From: Paraspadella gotoi
Taxonomy: Eukaryota; Animalia; Chaetognatha
Length of the DNA stretch: 22,225 nt
Reading direction: 5' to 3'
Assembly (NCBI GenBank): GCA_051294375.1
Contig: JBJCIZ010000484.1
Span: 1 to 22,225, forward strand
Both the position numbers and the translations under genes were made by a program. Positions 19,101-22,225 of the stretch are shown in pieces. The notes beneath the pieces were generated by a model that saw only the letters and a program-made list of their open reading frames with translations, was not told the DNA's origin and did not search any database. The stretch's first letter is position 1; every line of letters begins with the position of its first letter.

Positions 19101-21845
19101 GCAAAAAACTTTTTCAATATAAAAAGAGATAAAAAGGTTAAAAACATCGACAAACGACTTTTCCAATGTAAAAAGAGATAAAAACGTTAAATACACCGGC
19201 AGACGACATTTCCTATGTAAAAAGAGATAAAAACGTTAAAAACACTAGCAAACTTCCTTTCCAATAAAAAAAAAGATAAAAACTTTAAAATAACCGACAA
19301 CCGATTTTTCAAATGTAAAAAGAGATAAAAAACACTGATAAACACTTTTTCCAATGTAAAAAGAGATAAAAACGTTAAATACACCGGCAGACGACATTTC
19401 CTATGATAAAAGAAATAAAAACGTTAAAAACACCAGCAAACGACTTTTCCAAAAAGATAAAAACTTTAAAAACAAAGAAAAACGCTTTTTCCAATGTAAA
19501 AAGAGATAAAAACGTTAAAAACTTTGACAAACGTATTTTCCAACAAAAAAAGAAATAAAAACGTTAAAAACTTCTGCAAACAAGATCATCGAGGTTGTTA
19601 AAATTGGGTGAGGACAGTTATTAAATGTTTTTTTTACGTTTTATCAAAACAAACAAATTTCCTCTCTTTTATTTTTATGTCTCCTTTTCTCTCTCTTTTC
19701 TCTTTTAATTATAGGAAAACATTATCTTTTCTCTTTTAATTATATGTAGCTTTCTTTCACTCTCAAGAGATAAAAACGTTAAAAACACCAGAAAACGACT
19801 TTACCTTTGTAAAATAATATAAAAACGTTAAAAATAACAGAAAAGGATTTTTTGCAATGTAAAAAGAAATAAATGCGTTAAAAACACCGACAAACGATTT
19901 TTCCAATATAAAAAAAGATAAAAACGTTAGAAACAAAGAAAAACGCTTTTTCCAATGTAAAATGATATAAAAACGTAGAAAACACCGGCAAACGATATTT
20001 TCAATGTAAAAAGAAATAAAAACGTTAAAAACTTCGGCAAACAACTTTTTCAATATAAAAAGAGATAAAAAGGTTAAAAAGATCGACAAACGACTTTTCC
20101 AATGTAAAAAGAGATAAAAACGTTAAAAACACAGAAAAAGCACTTTTCCAATGTAAAAAGACTTAAAAACGTTAAAAACTTTGGCAAAAAACTTTTCCAA
20201 TAAAAAAAGAAATGAAACCGTTGAAAAACTTGTCAATGTAAAAAAAGCTGAAAACTTTAAAAACATCCTATGTAAAAAATGAAAAAAACGTTAAAAACAT
20301 CAAAATACGACTTTTCTTTTCTAAAAAGAGATGAAAACGTTAAAAACACCGAAAAACGAATTTTGCTTTTCCTTTTCCTATGTAAAAAGAGCTAAAAACG
20401 TTAAAAATATCGAAAAACGACTTCTCCGTTTTCTTTTCCTATGTAGAAAGAGCTAAAAACGTTAAAAAACACCGGAAAACGACTTTTCCAATGTCACAAG
20501 AAATAAAAACGTTAAAAACACCGAAAAACGTCTTTTCCATTGTAAAAAGAGATAAAAACGTAAAAAACACCGGAAAACGATATTTTCAAAGAAAAAAGAA
20601 ATAAAAACGTAAAAACTTCTGCAAACAAGATCATCGAGGTTGTTCAAATTGAGTGAGGACAGTTATTAAATATGTTTTTTTAACGTTTTATCAAAACAAA
20701 CAAATTTCCTCTCTTTTATTTTAATGTCTCCTTCTCTCTCTCTTTTCTCTTTTAATTATATGTAGCTTTCTCTCACTCTCAAGAGAAAAGAACGTTAAAA
20801 ACACCAGAAAACGACTCTTCATTTGTAAAAAGATATGAAAACGTTAAAAAAAACTGAAAACGATTTTTCCACATGTAAAAAGAAATAAATGCGTTAAAAA
20901 CACCGACAAACGACTTTTCCAATATAAAAAGAGAGAAAAACTTTAGAAACAAAGAAAAACGCTTTTTCCAATGTAAAAGGAGATAAAAACGTAGAAAACA
21001 CCGGCAGACGATATTTCCAATGTAAAAAGAGATAAAAACGTTAAAAACACGAGCAAACTTCTTTTCCAATATAAAAAGAGATAAAAACTTAAAAAAAACC
21101 GATAAACGTCTTTTCCAATGTAAAAAGAGATAAAAACGTGAAATACACCGGCAGACGACATTTTCTATGTAAAAAAAGATAAAAACGTTAAAAACACCAA
21201 CAGACGACTTTTCCAAAAAGATAAAAACTTTAAAAACAAAGAAAAACGCTTTTTCCAATGTAAAAAGTATTAAAAACGTTAAAAACTTTGGCAAACGAAT
21301 TTTCCAATAGAAAAAGAAATAAAACCGTTGAAAAACTCGTCAAACGAATTTTCCTTTTTCTTTTTCTTACGAAAAAAGATTTAAAAACGTTAAAAATACC
21401 GAAAAACGACTTCTCCGTTTGCTTTTCCTATGTAAAAAGATATGAAAACGTTAAAAACATCAAAAAACGAATTTTCCTTTTCCTTTTCCTATGTAAAAAG
21501 AGCTAAAAACGTTAAAAATACCGAAAAACGACTTCTCCGTTTTCTTTTCCTACGTAAAAAGAGCTAAAAACGTTAAAAACACCGAAAAACGTCTTTACCA
21601 TTGTAAAAAGAAATAAAAACGTAGAAAACACCGGAAAACGATATTTTCAAAGAAAAAAGAAATAAAAACGTTAAAAATTTCTGCAAACAAGATAATCGAG
21701 GTTGTTAAAATTGGGTGAGGACAGTTATTAAATATATTTTTTTACGTTTCATCAAAACTAACAAATTTCCTCTCTTTTATTTTTATGTCTCCTTCTCTCT
21801 ATCTTTTCTCTTTTAATTATATGTAGCTTTCTGTCACTCTCAAGA
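13119..21845. repeat. ~160-bp non-satellite module, 8 clear copies plus 1 degenerate, embedded in the array
   Basis: caagatcatcgaggttgttaaaattgggtgaggacagtt...tgtagctttctctcactctcaaga occurs at 13119-13284, (~14120-14250 degenerate), 14475-14641, 15519-15679, 17597-17751, 18629-18783, 19581-19768, 20626-20784 and 21688-21845. Confidence 0.93.
16836..17468. other. Assembly gap (633 N)
   Basis: Run of N inside the satellite array. Confidence 1.
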
Positions 21846-22225
21846 GATAAAAACGTTAAAAACACCAGAAAACGACTTTTTCTTTGTAAAAAGAAATAAA
21901 TGCGTTAAAAACACAGACAAACGACTTTTCCAATATAAAAAGAGATAAAAACTTTAGAAACAAAGAAAAACGCTTTTTCCAATGAAAAAAGAGATTATAA
22001 CGTAGAAAACACCGGCAAACGATATTTTCAATGTAAAAAGAAAAAAAAACGTTAAAAACTTTGGCAAACAACTTTTTCAATATAAAAAGAGATAAAAAGG
22101 TTAAAAACATCGACAAACGACTTTTCCAAAGTAGAAAAAGATAAAAACGTTTAATACACCGGCAGACGACATTTCCTATGTAAAGAGAGATAAAAACGGT
22201 AAAAACACTAGCAAACTTCTTTTCC

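Larger units (their letters stand above)
12156..22225. repeat. Satellite DNA array: ~49-bp monomer, ~1.04-kb higher-order unit; runs off the window end
   Basis: Approximate consensus aaaaacgttaaaaacaccggcaaacgacttttccaatgtaaaaagagat (49 bp; aaaacgt at 18001 and 18050). Monomer variants recur in an ordered way. The F/L-rich minus-strand ORFs cycle through all three frames, as expected for a non-coding 49-mer. Confidence 0.95.

Noticed and set aside
17750-19560. Repetitive protein made by a +1 frameshift at each AGA/AAA-TAA (49 = 48+1)
   Set aside because: Any 49-mer has this arithmetic property, monomer lengths vary, and nothing indicates an organism with stop-codon frameshifting.
12409-22116. 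Many F/L-rich minus-strand ORFs that look like membrane proteins
   Set aside because: They are translations of the T-rich strand of a 49-bp satellite, and the same three peptide phases recur in rotation.
12156-22225. CRISPR-like repeat/spacer reading of the array
   Set aside because: The variable parts are homologous monomer variants rather than unique spacers, the context is eukaryotic, and no cas genes are present.

Overview
Eukaryotic, AT-rich, repeat-dominated window, most likely from an invertebrate. I can support no intact host gene, and the listed ORFs are mostly low-complexity artefacts. Left half: (i) a 5'-truncated Penelope-like retroelement (PLE, ~1222-4279, + strand). It carries frameshift-riddled RT and C-terminal GIY-YIG endonuclease motifs, an unusual KADD catalytic motif, and ~550-bp inverted arms that each hold a minimal hammerhead ribozyme (HHR). 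(ii) A second, non-coding mini-element (~5618-6385) with the same outward-facing inverted HHR layout and a ~360-bp insert inside its (CT)n tract. (iii) A tRNA-Lys-like remnant, several dispersed or duplicated repeats, a Helentron/HINE-like hairpin plus (GAC)n fragment, and a ~2-kb TIR element (10092-12155). Right half (12156-22225): a satellite array of ~49-bp monomers, punctuated about every 1.04 kb by a conserved ~160-bp non-satellite module, with evidence of a ~8.6-kb super-repeat and a 633-N gap. Indel density suggests parts of the sequence are unpolished long-read consensus. All alignments were done by eye and coordinates of degenerate ends are approximate.
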